From a virus: DNA of 64,000 nucleotides. Below the pieces are notes generated by a model. It was not told the origin of the DNA. It saw nothing but the letters and a program-made list of their open reading frames with translations, and searched no databases. The DNA lies in the IMG/VR virus record IMGVR_UViG_3300008735_000003, positions 7,595 through 71,594 of that record; one strand, written 5' to 3'. Both the position numbers and the translations under genes were made by a program. This document shows, in pieces, positions 9,576 to 19,378 of this stretch (position 1 is its first letter; each line of letters opens with the position of its first letter).

Positions 9576-11493
9576 AGGGAAAAAAATGGAATTATTTAAA
9601 AGAACTACTAGAGAAAAGACATCTTCCGATTCTATGGAAAAAGTTGCTGTGGGTACGAATTATGCTAAACTTAGTGAGAATTCGGAGAATTGGTCAGACG
9701 AAATTTACGACCAGGCCGTGAAGCAGCTCCCAACTCTAGCTGCCCAAAAAATGTTTGTCGACCTAGATATTGCGGATGACATACGAGGATTTGGCAAAGG
9801 TGAGCTCATTGTAAACGGAAAATTTACAGTTCCGTTCTTTATTTCAGAATTCATGCTATCCCCCCTCGATCTAGTAGTACAAAATAACAAAGTTTATTCG
9901 GCATCTAAAAAGAGACTCATGGAGTTGGTTCTTCAAGATAGGTTTCAATTACGAGAGGCTGGAAAAGAAGAAGAAAAACTCATTTCTTTAAATACCTCCA
10001 AACCTTCGCCATCTCTTGGCGGCGGGGAAAGTGGAAATTTCATACAAGATACTACGTACGATAATAAAATGGCGGGTGACTTCCACTTTGTTTTAGAAGA
10101 TCCGGGTCCTTCATCTAGTGAATATATAGTTAATTCCATGGATAAATATACTAAGTCCCATGGGATGAAAATGGTAAATAAATTCGCTTGCGGACCCTTA
10201 TTCCAATCGTTTAATGTTTCGCCGGAGAAGGCCAGGAACATCCTTAGTAAGGATGGCATGCTTTCTTTAACTCACCAAGATAAGGTGGCAGATGTGGTGG
10301 ATGTCGGCGAGAAACTAGCTTCAAACCGAATAACTAAAAGCGGCGCCCATAGGGTCTATAGTATCGATAATGACAAGGCCTATGATGGGGTATATATTAC
10401 GAAGATAGCCTCCCCATCGGACCAAGAATTTAAAAATCGACAACTTTTTTTATCATCTAATGGGGAATACTCTATCGATCAGAATATATATGGATCGTCG
10501 ATTCCGTTAGATGGAGAAAGGTTTTATGATAAGGTTGCCGGAGAAGACATAAAGAAGGGCAAAAGGGGGGTCTTAGTTTTTGAATATATGGGAGAAAAAC
10601 TAGCCTTTGGACCGTTTATCGTAACTAATCGTCCTAGCAAAGTCACTGGAAAGATAGCTTTCGATATAGCGTCGGGGGATGGAACGAACATGAAGATTAA
10701 GCTAGACCCGAACAAAAATAGAGCAGTCTACTTGCCATCATTGAATACGACTATTTTTCCCAGTAAGGTTGCATTCGTTCCGATAAATAGCCGATTAAAA
10801 TTGGCCACCGACAACGAAAAACACCATACGAATGGAGATCGTCTCATAGAGGTATCTTCCGACGGAGTAGAATATATCCTTAAAGTTGCTGACGGAAAGG
10901 GTGGGATGAAAAAGAAGCGGCTAAATAATAGAGCTCAGGTATTAAACGAATTGCACGACGATGGTTTATCCGCAGCTCGTTCCGAATTAATGAATGGTAG
11001 CGACCTAAAAAAATATACCTTTCTAGGGAAGGCCGTAGATAAAATTACCGGAAAATCCATGAATAAAACCGAAAATATAACCTTAAAAGGGCCTAGAATT
11101 GGCGAAGAACGAGATGGCGATAACCCCGTTACAAAGTCTGCCGGGGAACACTTAATCTCTACGCTGATAGATAAGTTGGCTTATGGTTACAAACTAAGTG
11201 AAGCCGAGATGAGCAAGGTGGCTAGTATTTACGACGATCACGTAATTATGGTAAAAACGGCCATGCTCTCTTTAGACGACATAATACCCGAAGATAGGAA
11301 GACCGATAATATACATAAATATTTCGAATATATTCCGCATATAGAAAAAGTAGAAAATGCATTGGGAAATTTGTTGATGGAGGTGAGGTCTGGATCTCAA
11401 AAATTTCCCGAAAATTCATTAATGAATGCGATGAGGAACATAGGAGTCGTAAAAGACGCCTTAGTCATAATGCAGCAAACAGATTCGGTATAA
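9562..11493 (+). CDS. Putative internal head/prohead core protein, KxA-rich
   Basis: 643 aa with about 17 K-x-A motifs (manual count); in the head module. Confidence 0.5.
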   Translation: MEYFKGKKMELFKRTTREKTSSDSMEKVAVGTNYAKLSENSENWSDEIYDQAVKQLPTLAAQKMFVDLDIADDIRGFGKGELIVNGKFTVPFFISEFMLSPLDLVVQNNKVYSASKKRLMELVLQDRFQLREAGKEEEKLISLNTSKPSPSLGGGESGNFIQDTTYDNKMAGDFHFVLEDPGPSSSEYIVNSMDKYTKSHGMKMVNKFACGPLFQSFNVSPEKARNILSKDGMLSLTHQDKVADVVDVGEKLASNRITKSGAHRVYSIDNDKAYDGVYITKIASPSDQEFKNRQLFLSSNGEYSIDQNIYGSSIPLDGERFYDKVAGEDIKKGKRGVLVFEYMGEKLAFGPFIVTNRPSKVTGKIAFDIASGDGTNMKIKLDPNKNRAVYLPSLNTTIFPSKVAFVPINSRLKLATDNEKHHTNGDRLIEVSSDGVEYILKVADGKGGMKKKRLNNRAQVLNELHDDGLSAARSELMNGSDLKKYTFLGKAVDKITGKSMNKTENITLKGPRIGEERDGDNPVTKSAGEHLISTLIDKLAYGYKLSEAEMSKVASIYDDHVIMVKTAMLSLDDIIPEDRKTDNIHKYFEYIPHIEKVENALGNLLMEVRSGSQKFPENSLMNAMRNIGVVKDALVIMQQTDSV

Positions 11494-11793
11494 ATGAATA
11501 TTCCTAGGCTTCTTTTTTTGTGGGCAAAAAACGCGGAGAATATAAGCTCGAACTTTATAGGCGGAAAATCTAAGTTGTCTCCGTCCGTCCAAAAAGGCGG
11601 GTTAAAGGCATTCGGAGGTAGAGCGACCTTGAGGGCTTCTTCCGCCCTCCCCGACCCTAAAAAAATGGGGAAGCTTTATCAAGAAGCATCTGCTATAACT
11701 AGTACAAAAGATAGGGTAACTCCATCTGTCGCAAATCTTAATAAACCGATAAGCGATATCGGCCTAAACTTTGAAAAGAAGAATAATGTCTAA
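11494..11793 (+). CDS. Small basic protein with RLLF..KNA leader
   Basis: N-terminus MNIPRLLFLWAKNA resembles the leaders of 21703 and 22284. Confidence 0.55.
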   Translation: MNIPRLLFLWAKNAENISSNFIGGKSKLSPSVQKGGLKAFGGRATLRASSALPDPKKMGKLYQEASAITSTKDRVTPSVANLNKPISDIGLNFEKKNNV

Positions 11794-12665
11794 TGTCACC
11801 TTACGCACGTTTTTTAATAACTTCTTACTTTTATAATGGGTATGACATCACCGAATCGGTTTTAAATAAATTGGGCCTAATATTCGATGAAATGCAATTT
11901 TCCACCATTATAAATGGCGCCCTTCTTTTTTTACCAGAAAATGAGAGAAAAGTATTTTTTAGTCGCGGCAAAAGTAAAAAAATAGAAGTTAGTTCGGATA
12001 TTCTTAAAAAAATAAATAAGCAGTACGGAATCAAACTTACTAAGAAACGTGGAGAACAAATAATACCCAACGAAGTTCTTAGGTTGATAAGAAATAGAGA
12101 GCTAAGAATATTTCTCGAAATACTCTTATTAGGGCGCGTCCCCATAGAAACTATATATGAGGCGTTAAATACCAAATTTAAGATTAATAAAGAAATAACC
12201 GAAGAAGACATAAAGGAATATTCATTTTGGATGTTCGATTTGCGAATCATGGACGATATAGACTGGCAAGAATATATGGCCTACTTATTTAACGCTTCTG
12301 CGTCCGAAGAGGAATTAATTAAAATCGAATATGAAGATAAACTATTTGCCTTGAGAAATGTGCCAGATCACGTTATATTAAGAGCCGGGATAGATATCCC
12401 GTTAAAATTTTCTAAGATGCTATCGGTCATAGCAAACCATGTTTTTGAAAGTATACAGCAAGATATAGAAATCGGAGCGCCGTGGAGAGAATTAGACGCG
12501 AAAATCAAGGTCTTTAAAACTATAGGAGAGTCCTACGAAAAACACAATCCAGATCCTCCATTTAGAGCATCCGATGTTTTTAAAGATATGGAGTTAGACC
12601 TTGTGGATGAAGATATAGACGAACTACCCCATTTTTCAGAGGAAAAAAATGAAGAGAAAAAATAA
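11793..12665 (+). CDS. Putative terminase small subunit
   Basis: Helical protein immediately upstream of and overlapping TerL; positional call only. Confidence 0.4.
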   Translation: MSPYARFLITSYFYNGYDITESVLNKLGLIFDEMQFSTIINGALLFLPENERKVFFSRGKSKKIEVSSDILKKINKQYGIKLTKKRGEQIIPNEVLRLIRNRELRIFLEILLLGRVPIETIYEALNTKFKINKEITEEDIKEYSFWMFDLRIMDDIDWQEYMAYLFNASASEEELIKIEYEDKLFALRNVPDHVILRAGIDIPLKFSKMLSVIANHVFESIQQDIEIGAPWRELDAKIKVFKTIGESYEKHNPDPPFRASDVFKDMELDLVDEDIDELPHFSEEKNEEKK

Positions 12666-14268
12666 ACACCAGGTTACAAATCGCCTTTCATCGTTCGCTC
12701 AGCAACTTTTAATTTTAAACGGCAATCCATTCTCTTTAGAAGCTCGCCCTCATCTTTGGAAAATATATAATCAAAATAAAAAGAAAACGCTCCTAGTATT
12801 TTCTCGCCAAGCGGAAAAATCTACGACGTTGGGCGCGAAGGCGATAACAAGGTCTTGCATATTCCCGTTTTTTAAATCTTTGTATGTAGCGCCTCGAGGT
12901 GATCAAGTAGCAACCTTTTCTCACCAAAAACTACATGAATTTATAGACGGCTCCCCGAAGGTCGAAAAATATTTTCAAGATAAAAACTGTAAAAAATCCG
13001 TCTTTTTTAAAACGTTTACGAACGGATCGGAATTAGTCCTTAGGAGTTCGTACTTATCCCCAGACGCTATTCGAGGTATATCTTCAGATTGCCTTTATAT
13101 AGACGAAATACAGGATATCGTGCAAGATCATCTTCCGGTTATAGAATCTTGTTTACAGCACGGAAAACCATGGGCTCGCTTTAGAGAATATGCCGGAACT
13201 CCGAAGTCATTTCAAAACCCCATAAATCAGCAATGGAACCAATCGTTAAAGATCGAATGGATAATAAAATGTATGGGGTGTAATTCTCATAATCTTTTAG
13301 GCATGAAGAATATAGGAAAAATGTTCATGATATGTTCGAAGTGCGGTAAACAAATATTTCCGCATGACGGTAGATGGGAAATAACGAATACCGATGGAAA
13401 ATTTCCGGCGTTTAGAATTTGCTATCTAATGGTCCCGTGGTGTATGTGGTACAACCCTAAAGATAAGGCGGAACCCGGGGTTATACAAATGCTCGATGAC
13501 TGGTCTGAGGCTAAATTTAGAAATGAGACATTGGCGGAGTCTTTCGATAATGCGGATAACCCGATCACCGAAGATGATCTAAAGGCATGTTGCGAAGATT
13601 ACCCACTATTCCAAAGTTTTAAAGATATACCTCAGGAAATGGGGGCGAGTAAATCGATGGTGGCCGGAGTAGATTGGGGAACGTCCGAAGATAAAAAGAG
13701 CAGAACCGTCTTGTCCATAGGAACCATGTGCTCCGATAGGAGATTCAGGGTTCTCTTCATGAAAAAATATTCTTCCGCAGAAACCGACCCTAGATTTCAG
13801 GTCGATGATATAGCCAGAATATGTAAACATTGGGGAGTTGTCGCCATAGGTGCTGATTGGGGGTTTGGTTATATGCAAAACGCCGAACTCAGTTCCCTTC
13901 TCCCGAATAGAGTCCAAATTATGTATACTAGCGGAAATCAAAAGGCTGCGTTAATTTTCGAGAAGAAAGTTGGCTATTATAGTATCTCCCGTTCGCAAAC
14001 GCTTTCTAAATTATTCCTAGAGATCCTGCATAAAAATATAAAGTTCTTTAATTGGAAAGACGAAAATGATTATAAGCGAGGAATGGATTTTTTTGCACCG
14101 GACTTCGTTAATGTTAGCAAGGAATATAATGAGAATACTCGAATGACACATTATATCCACCCACTCAATGTTCCAGATGATGCATTAATGTCGTTAAATT
14201 ACGCGCTTTGTGCGAACATGATTTTAAGGGGACAATACTCTACAAACATAAAGGACAGAACCGAATAA
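12649..14268 (+). CDS. terL: Terminase large subunit (GpA-like)
   Basis: Walker A variant FSRQAEKST, IRGIS, Walker B LYIDEIQD, GTPK, CxxC..CxxC, nuclease motifs GVDWG and PDDALMS. Confidence 0.92.
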   Translation: MKRKNKHQVTNRLSSFAQQLLILNGNPFSLEARPHLWKIYNQNKKKTLLVFSRQAEKSTTLGAKAITRSCIFPFFKSLYVAPRGDQVATFSHQKLHEFIDGSPKVEKYFQDKNCKKSVFFKTFTNGSELVLRSSYLSPDAIRGISSDCLYIDEIQDIVQDHLPVIESCLQHGKPWARFREYAGTPKSFQNPINQQWNQSLKIEWIIKCMGCNSHNLLGMKNIGKMFMICSKCGKQIFPHDGRWEITNTDGKFPAFRICYLMVPWCMWYNPKDKAEPGVIQMLDDWSEAKFRNETLAESFDNADNPITEDDLKACCEDYPLFQSFKDIPQEMGASKSMVAGVDWGTSEDKKSRTVLSIGTMCSDRRFRVLFMKKYSSAETDPRFQVDDIARICKHWGVVAIGADWGFGYMQNAELSSLLPNRVQIMYTSGNQKAALIFEKKVGYYSISRSQTLSKLFLEILHKNIKFFNWKDENDYKRGMDFFAPDFVNVSKEYNENTRMTHYIHPLNVPDDALMSLNYALCANMILRGQYSTNIKDRTE

Positions 14269-14277
14269 TGTTAATAT
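14269..14277 (+). promoter_or_regulatory. Extended -10 element
   Basis: TGtTAATAT directly after the TerL stop, upstream of SD GGGGAG and ATG 14297. Confidence 0.4.
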
Positions 14278-14296
14278 ACTTATGTGGGGAGATATT

Positions 14297-15682
14297 ATGC
14301 TAGAAAAAGATCGAGAAGTAGTAAGAAAGGCTTACGGACTATATAAGAACGGAACCGAAGATCTAAGCGAGGCTCTAATACAGGGCATCGGGAAAGTAGC
14401 CTTCCCATCCGGTCGAGTACAAAACATGTCAATGGCATTGAATCAAATGGTCAGAGCCTCAAATAAAAAAACTGGTAAATATGCAAATAGATTTATATTA
14501 TCCGACCCTAATAAAGTTTTGGATCATATAAAGACATCTTCGAGCAAATCGTCGAAAACTCAAATAAAAAATAGTAGGAGAAGTCAGTTAGATGATTACC
14601 TATCTTCTCCGTCGAAGACGGGGAGGGAGTCCAATGCGTATGTCCCTAGCGGCGACAAATATAGAGAGGTCATAGATCAATTCAATAAAATGGCACATAT
14701 TAAAAACGAGCTAGAGGATAAAAAGGTCGCATATGAACGAAATTATTTGACGGCTTCAAATAATTTATCCTACCAAATAAAACAAGCATACGGAAAGGGA
14801 CTACCTATGCTGGAGATAGAAGCGGCCTTGATAATGTCGAATCCTAATCAAAGTCACGTGGCTTCTGGATATTGTAAAAAGGTTGCATCGGAGTTAAATG
14901 AGATCAGAAGTCTTAGGGTGGAAGATAAAGAAAAATTCTTCTCTATAAATCATGATGCGTTTGGAAGGGAAATAACTAAAATGGCGGAGGATGAGGGAGT
15001 AGACATGGAAGATGGAATATTAAAAAAAGCTTACGAGAATTTACTAACTTCCTATACTAGTAAAAAGACGAACGAGAGAAATATTTCTTTCGTTAAAATA
15101 GCCCTAAATAAAACGAATGAAGCCAAGGAAGCGATGGAAAAAACCGGATTTCTTGGAGGGATAGGAAAAAAAATAAAGAGTATGTCCGGTTGGGATGGGC
15201 TAGGAGATGGAACTAAAAACATAATAAGGGGTGCTGGAATTGCGACCGGAGTTAATTCTGCTATTTTTGGCGGAATGCATATGATGGACAAGGCTGTGGG
15301 GGCCGGAGTCGCTAAGTTTAAGCAATCGTCCGGATATAAAGCCATGATAGAAAAAAATCCCGATCTCAAAGACGATGAAATAACCAAGGAATATTACTCC
15401 TTGATAGCAGATCTTAATCCCGTCTATGCCTCAAAACCACTACAAATGGGGCAGCTTATAAAGACCCTCATGGAACAACAGCAGATAGTGACTCCGGACA
15501 TGGCCGCCAACTTGGCCAAATCGGCGCCTAAAGTTAAGGATCAAGTTATGTTTAAATCACCATTCATGGGGAACGTGACTGAGCAGGGGCAAGCTAGAAC
15601 CGAAGACCTTTTTCAAGACTACTCGAAACATGTTAGAGGAGTTGAAGAAGCAGAAAGAAATAGAAATAGTAACACCCCATAG
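14297..15682 (+). CDS. Putative internal head protein: KxA-rich N-half, Gly-rich amphipathic C-half
   Basis: Start moved to the SD-preceded ATG; about 8 KxA motifs, then EKTG followed by GFLGGIGKK..GAGIATGVNSAIFGG. Confidence 0.5.
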   Translation: MLEKDREVVRKAYGLYKNGTEDLSEALIQGIGKVAFPSGRVQNMSMALNQMVRASNKKTGKYANRFILSDPNKVLDHIKTSSSKSSKTQIKNSRRSQLDDYLSSPSKTGRESNAYVPSGDKYREVIDQFNKMAHIKNELEDKKVAYERNYLTASNNLSYQIKQAYGKGLPMLEIEAALIMSNPNQSHVASGYCKKVASELNEIRSLRVEDKEKFFSINHDAFGREITKMAEDEGVDMEDGILKKAYENLLTSYTSKKTNERNISFVKIALNKTNEAKEAMEKTGFLGGIGKKIKSMSGWDGLGDGTKNIIRGAGIATGVNSAIFGGMHMMDKAVGAGVAKFKQSSGYKAMIEKNPDLKDDEITKEYYSLIADLNPVYASKPLQMGQLIKTLMEQQQIVTPDMAANLAKSAPKVKDQVMFKSPFMGNVTEQGQARTEDLFQDYSKHVRGVEEAERNRNSNTP

Positions 15683-15694
15683 GATTAATAAAAA

Positions 15695-17608
15695 ATGCAC
15701 TATGGATTCGAAAAACATTTAAATGTATCCTCCTATGGCGAATTTACTCCCGTCATGGAGGTTTTACAATCTCGAGGAAACACCTCCTTTAATAAAACCG
15801 CTAGCGAACTCCCTAAGGACGTTAAAGAAGCCATAGAAAAAATAAAGCCGGGGAAAAATAATATTTTTCTCGTTATAGCTCCGATGGGCATTGGGGAATA
15901 TTGGGGCGCAAATGTAAACGGAGATTTTTTCCCGGAAAAGGGTCTTTGTCATTCCTCTAAAGATTACGGACATAAGACATTTCTTAATTCGAATATGTTC
16001 GTCCACCACATAAATAAAGACCCTAAAAAAGGTTTCGGAAAACCTGTATTCTCGACGATCGATAACCCCATGAAAAGGGTTATAGTCATATCCGAAATAT
16101 CTCTTTCTGATGCTAAGAATAAGGGAGCGAAAAAGTTTTTAGATATGATATCGAATGGAATTATGCCGGAAGTTAGCATGGGGTGCAAAGTTCCCTTCGA
16201 CATATGTTCTATTTGTGGAAATAAAGCTAAGAGCCCCGCATTTTATTGCAAACATCTTTCTGGTGGAAATATGTTACAGATGGATCAAGAAACAGGTAAG
16301 GTCGCTTATGCGATAAATGATTTTCCTAGATTTTTCGATTTATCGTTCGTGAATCGTGGAGCTGATAGAAGCTCTGGAACCCTAATGAAAATCGCCGGAG
16401 ATACAAGCATTATCTCCGAACCAACAAAAATCTTTATCCCCTCCGGTTATCGAACTATAATTGATGAAAAAATAGCGGAGGAAAAAGAGAGTCTTATAAA
16501 TGAATCGGAAATTAAGGATACGGAAGAATTCTTGAAATTAAGCCGCGATATAAATGATGTTGGAGAAATGGAAGACCTTCTTTTAAAAAGAAGGACCGAT
16601 GCATTCTTCCCAACCATGGATCGTGGTACGTTAAATAAACTCGCTAATGAATCCATGGGGGACGTTTTTGGGACATTTTGGTCTTTCGGATTACCGTTAA
16701 AAAGATCGGAGATACAGTACATCGGATTAAATAAAATGGGCCATCCTAAGTTGGCAAACGAACTATATGAAAGGGGTGCTCTTCTTCCCATAGTTAATAA
16801 TGCAAAAAATATAGAGGAAATACCCCTGGGGGTTTCGGATAATGCTATAAAAATCGCGAAGGCTATATTTTGTGAAAGGACCATGAAGCAACCATTCCTC
16901 CTCAAGCGCATGGTGAACGGCCCGGTTGAAAAGGTGGCCGTAGAAATAAGCGATTCTGACGCCATGGGGATATCCATCGCCATGACCGCAATTTATGCCG
17001 CTTTAGCGAAACTCGTAAAAAAAACCGATGTCCCCGCTTTAGCGAAAATATTAAATTCTAATCCGAAATTATTAGCAGCAATAGGACTTGCTAATTTTAC
17101 TGCTGCAAAGATGGCGCCGACAATCATGATGCCGACTATTACAAGAAAAGATCAAACCTATGTTCGCCCCGATCTTTCCTTATATAAGAGAGGAGAAGAA
17201 GCTCCGTTGGTGGATGGGGCAATAGATAGATTGAAAGGTAAGGTAAGAGGGGTGATAGGCAAGATCCTGGGGAATAAGAAAGATCTAGCAGCAACCGCTT
17301 TGTTGGCCTCCGGATTCCTAGGCATAAGGGAAGCGTTAAAAAATAAGAAAGAGGTTTTGAATAGAATAAAAGGAGCGCATCCCAAAAACAGGGATAATAT
17401 GTCCGCCCTATCCAATTCTATAATAGATCATCCGGTAATATCGACCGCAGCAGCGGCGACAATCGGAAATGTTTTTTTTAGAAAAGGAAAAAAAGCACTA
17501 TTTTCTAAAAAATCAAGCGAAAACGTGCTAGATTTTGATATCATTGTAAATGAGGGAACTAACGGAATTGACGAATTAAACTCATGTACGAATTTTTTGT
17601 TACAATAG
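15695..17608 (+). CDS. Prohead (head maturation) protease with long hydrophobic C-terminal extension
   Basis: GANVNGDFF, MFVHHIN (His), EVSMGC (Ser), DICSICG..YCKHL and FFDLSFV..GAD motifs of herpes/HK97-fold phage proteases; upstream of the capsid genes. Confidence 0.82.
   Translation: MHYGFEKHLNVSSYGEFTPVMEVLQSRGNTSFNKTASELPKDVKEAIEKIKPGKNNIFLVIAPMGIGEYWGANVNGDFFPEKGLCHSSKDYGHKTFLNSNMFVHHINKDPKKGFGKPVFSTIDNPMKRVIVISEISLSDAKNKGAKKFLDMISNGIMPEVSMGCKVPFDICSICGNKAKSPAFYCKHLSGGNMLQMDQETGKVAYAINDFPRFFDLSFVNRGADRSSGTLMKIAGDTSIISEPTKIFIPSGYRTIIDEKIAEEKESLINESEIKDTEEFLKLSRDINDVGEMEDLLLKRRTDAFFPTMDRGTLNKLANESMGDVFGTFWSFGLPLKRSEIQYIGLNKMGHPKLANELYERGALLPIVNNAKNIEEIPLGVSDNAIKIAKAIFCERTMKQPFLLKRMVNGPVEKVAVEISDSDAMGISIAMTAIYAALAKLVKKTDVPALAKILNSNPKLLAAIGLANFTAAKMAPTIMMPTITRKDQTYVRPDLSLYKRGEEAPLVDGAIDRLKGKVRGVIGKILGNKKDLAATALLASGFLGIREALKNKKEVLNRIKGAHPKNRDNMSALSNSIIDHPVISTAAAATIGNVFFRKGKKALFSKKSSENVLDFDIIVNEGTNGIDELNSCTNFLLQ
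17598..17606 (+). promoter_or_regulatory. Extended -10 element upstream of the scaffold/capsid genes
   Basis: TGtTACAAT followed by SD GGAGG and ATG 17633. Confidence 0.4.
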
Positions 17609-17632
17609 GGTGTAGATGGGAGGAAGGAAACC

Positions 17633-18154
17633 ATGAATAGAAAACCATTTAAAAAAGCACAGGAAATTTTCAGCTCTGTTATGAACCAGGAGAAAACCGC
17701 TTCTAGTAGAGTCACTAAAGAAGATTTATTCGAGTTGGGTTTAGTATCTAACGAAGTGGAAAAATTAACGAAGGTCGCTAGTTATGTTGGACAAGAAATC
17801 GCCAATGAAGTGACTCGTAAATTATCCGGCGAAGAAGGGACTTCTTCTCCCGAACCCGCCACTTCACCAACGTCTCAAGGAGAAACCCCTCTAGGGGCGG
17901 AACAAAGCGACGGGGGGCAAGTACCAACGGACCATGAAGGGTTGCCGCCTTTCGAAGGTCCACAGGTGAAGGCTATGAAACTAGTCCAAAAAGCTTTAGA
18001 TATTCCTGAAGTTCAAGACGGCACGCCGGATACATCGGGGAAAACACTTTCTCATACAGACGTTACCAGCGGAACCGAGACATCTAGTTCTGGGGCTGGC
18101 GAAAAGATGAGTTCCGATGACGAACTATTAGACAATTTACTTGGAATTTCCTAA
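17633..18154 (+). CDS. Scaffold-like disordered acidic head protein
   Basis: Low-complexity S/T/E/P composition, KxA motifs, ends DDELLDNLLGIS; between protease and MCP. Confidence 0.5.
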   Translation: MNRKPFKKAQEIFSSVMNQEKTASSRVTKEDLFELGLVSNEVEKLTKVASYVGQEIANEVTRKLSGEEGTSSPEPATSPTSQGETPLGAEQSDGGQVPTDHEGLPPFEGPQVKAMKLVQKALDIPEVQDGTPDTSGKTLSHTDVTSGTETSSSGAGEKMSSDDELLDNLLGIS

Positions 18155-18155
18155 A

Positions 18156-18446
18156 ATGAATTTATTTGAACTAGATAAAATAATTGAGGATTGCACCGAA
18201 TATTCGCAAGAATCTTCTAAGGTTGCTTCTGATGCGGAATTGAATTCGGCGGATCGAAAGAACCGCATTTTAAACGAACTAAAAACTGTGTCATCGAAAA
18301 AGGTAGCAGGAGATTTTTATCCCCAATTGGACATCATGGAAAAACGAGCATCTGGTGTAGCTCGAGGACTATTAGGATTAGATTCTAATAAAATCGGCAA
18401 TCCGGATATCAATGACGCATTGACCTTTATATTTGGAGCAGAATAA
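18156..18446 (+). CDS. Small scaffold-like head protein
   Basis: Start moved to ATG 18156; KVAS/KVAG/KRAS motifs; ends DALTFIFGAE. Confidence 0.5.
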   Translation: MNLFELDKIIEDCTEYSQESSKVASDAELNSADRKNRILNELKTVSSKKVAGDFYPQLDIMEKRASGVARGLLGLDSNKIGNPDINDALTFIFGAE

Positions 18447-18447
18447 A

Positions 18448-18783
18448 ATGAGTTCTATTTATAAAGAAGCATCCGAATATATAGAAGAGCTTTACAATGA
18501 GAACGAGGCTTTAAAAAATAGAGTCTCTGAATTAGAAAACAAGAGCGATAAAGTTGAAAGAAATAGTAGAGTTGGAAAAATAGCCAGTACATTTTCGTTA
18601 GACCAAGATGAGGCTAGCAAACTCCAAGACTACGACGATAGCGCTATAAAGGTGCTAGAAAACTTTACGGGCATCTCTTCAGACCAAAGTTTTGGTAAGG
18701 TAGAAAAGGTTGCACAAGATTTGGGAAATAACGAACTAGACTCAGCACGAGAGGACGTATATAATTTTTTAGCTCGGAATTAA
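18448..18783 (+). CDS. Coiled-coil scaffold-like head protein
   Basis: Start moved to ATG 18448 (GGAG SD); heptad region LYNENEALKNRVSELE; KEA/KIA/KVA motifs. Confidence 0.55.
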   Translation: MSSIYKEASEYIEELYNENEALKNRVSELENKSDKVERNSRVGKIASTFSLDQDEASKLQDYDDSAIKVLENFTGISSDQSFGKVEKVAQDLGNNELDSAREDVYNFLARN

Positions 18784-18802
18784 ATTTTGAGGAGAAGAAA
18801 AT

Positions 18803-19333
18803 ATGGCATTTGTAAATAATTTAACTAAGACCAACACATCAGGATTTAATGATCCCTCCATCAAAATGAATGTTTTGTCGGGGCAGGATTATATGTACTC
18901 CCCCGTTTATCGTCTCTCTGCCGGTTTGGCCGATGCGATTGTTAAAAGGGGAATGTGGCTACAATTAAACGCTGATAATGAATTGGAACAAATACAGGCG
19001 GCCACTACTGGCGTTCGAAATGCTAAAATGGTTTTATCGCCAAGTACACAGAGCGATACCAAAGCCTTTAAGTATAAGTCCGATGGGACGGATGCTGGCG
19101 GATATATGGCAACCGTTTTTGGCACCCATAGATTTGAGGTTGGTAGTACGCTATATGACGATACTCAGACCTATACTGCCGGAACCGAATTGAAGATTGT
19201 TCGTGGATCTAGCGGAGAAGGAATTCTTACTCCGGCCGATACAACCGGCGATGTTGTTACGGGAATCGCCGAAGGCGTTGACTCTAGAAATATGTTGATT
19301 TTCACCACTAATATCGAACCTCTTAAGGTATAA
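18803..19333 (+). CDS. Head decoration/cement protein
   Basis: 176-aa beta-rich protein directly upstream of MCP; YTAGTEL..GIL..A..GDVVTG pattern. Confidence 0.6.
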   Translation: MAFVNNLTKTNTSGFNDPSIKMNVLSGQDYMYSPVYRLSAGLADAIVKRGMWLQLNADNELEQIQAATTGVRNAKMVLSPSTQSDTKAFKYKSDGTDAGGYMATVFGTHRFEVGSTLYDDTQTYTAGTELKIVRGSSGEGILTPADTTGDVVTGIAEGVDSRNMLIFTTNIEPLKV

Positions 19334-19378
19334 TAAGGGTAAGTAGGAAGAAATTTTACAAGTATTGCGAGGATTATT

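Noticed and set aside
12649-14268. Intein or intron in the terminase
   Set aside because: Length (539 aa) and motif spacing are normal; no splicing or homing-endonuclease motifs seen.
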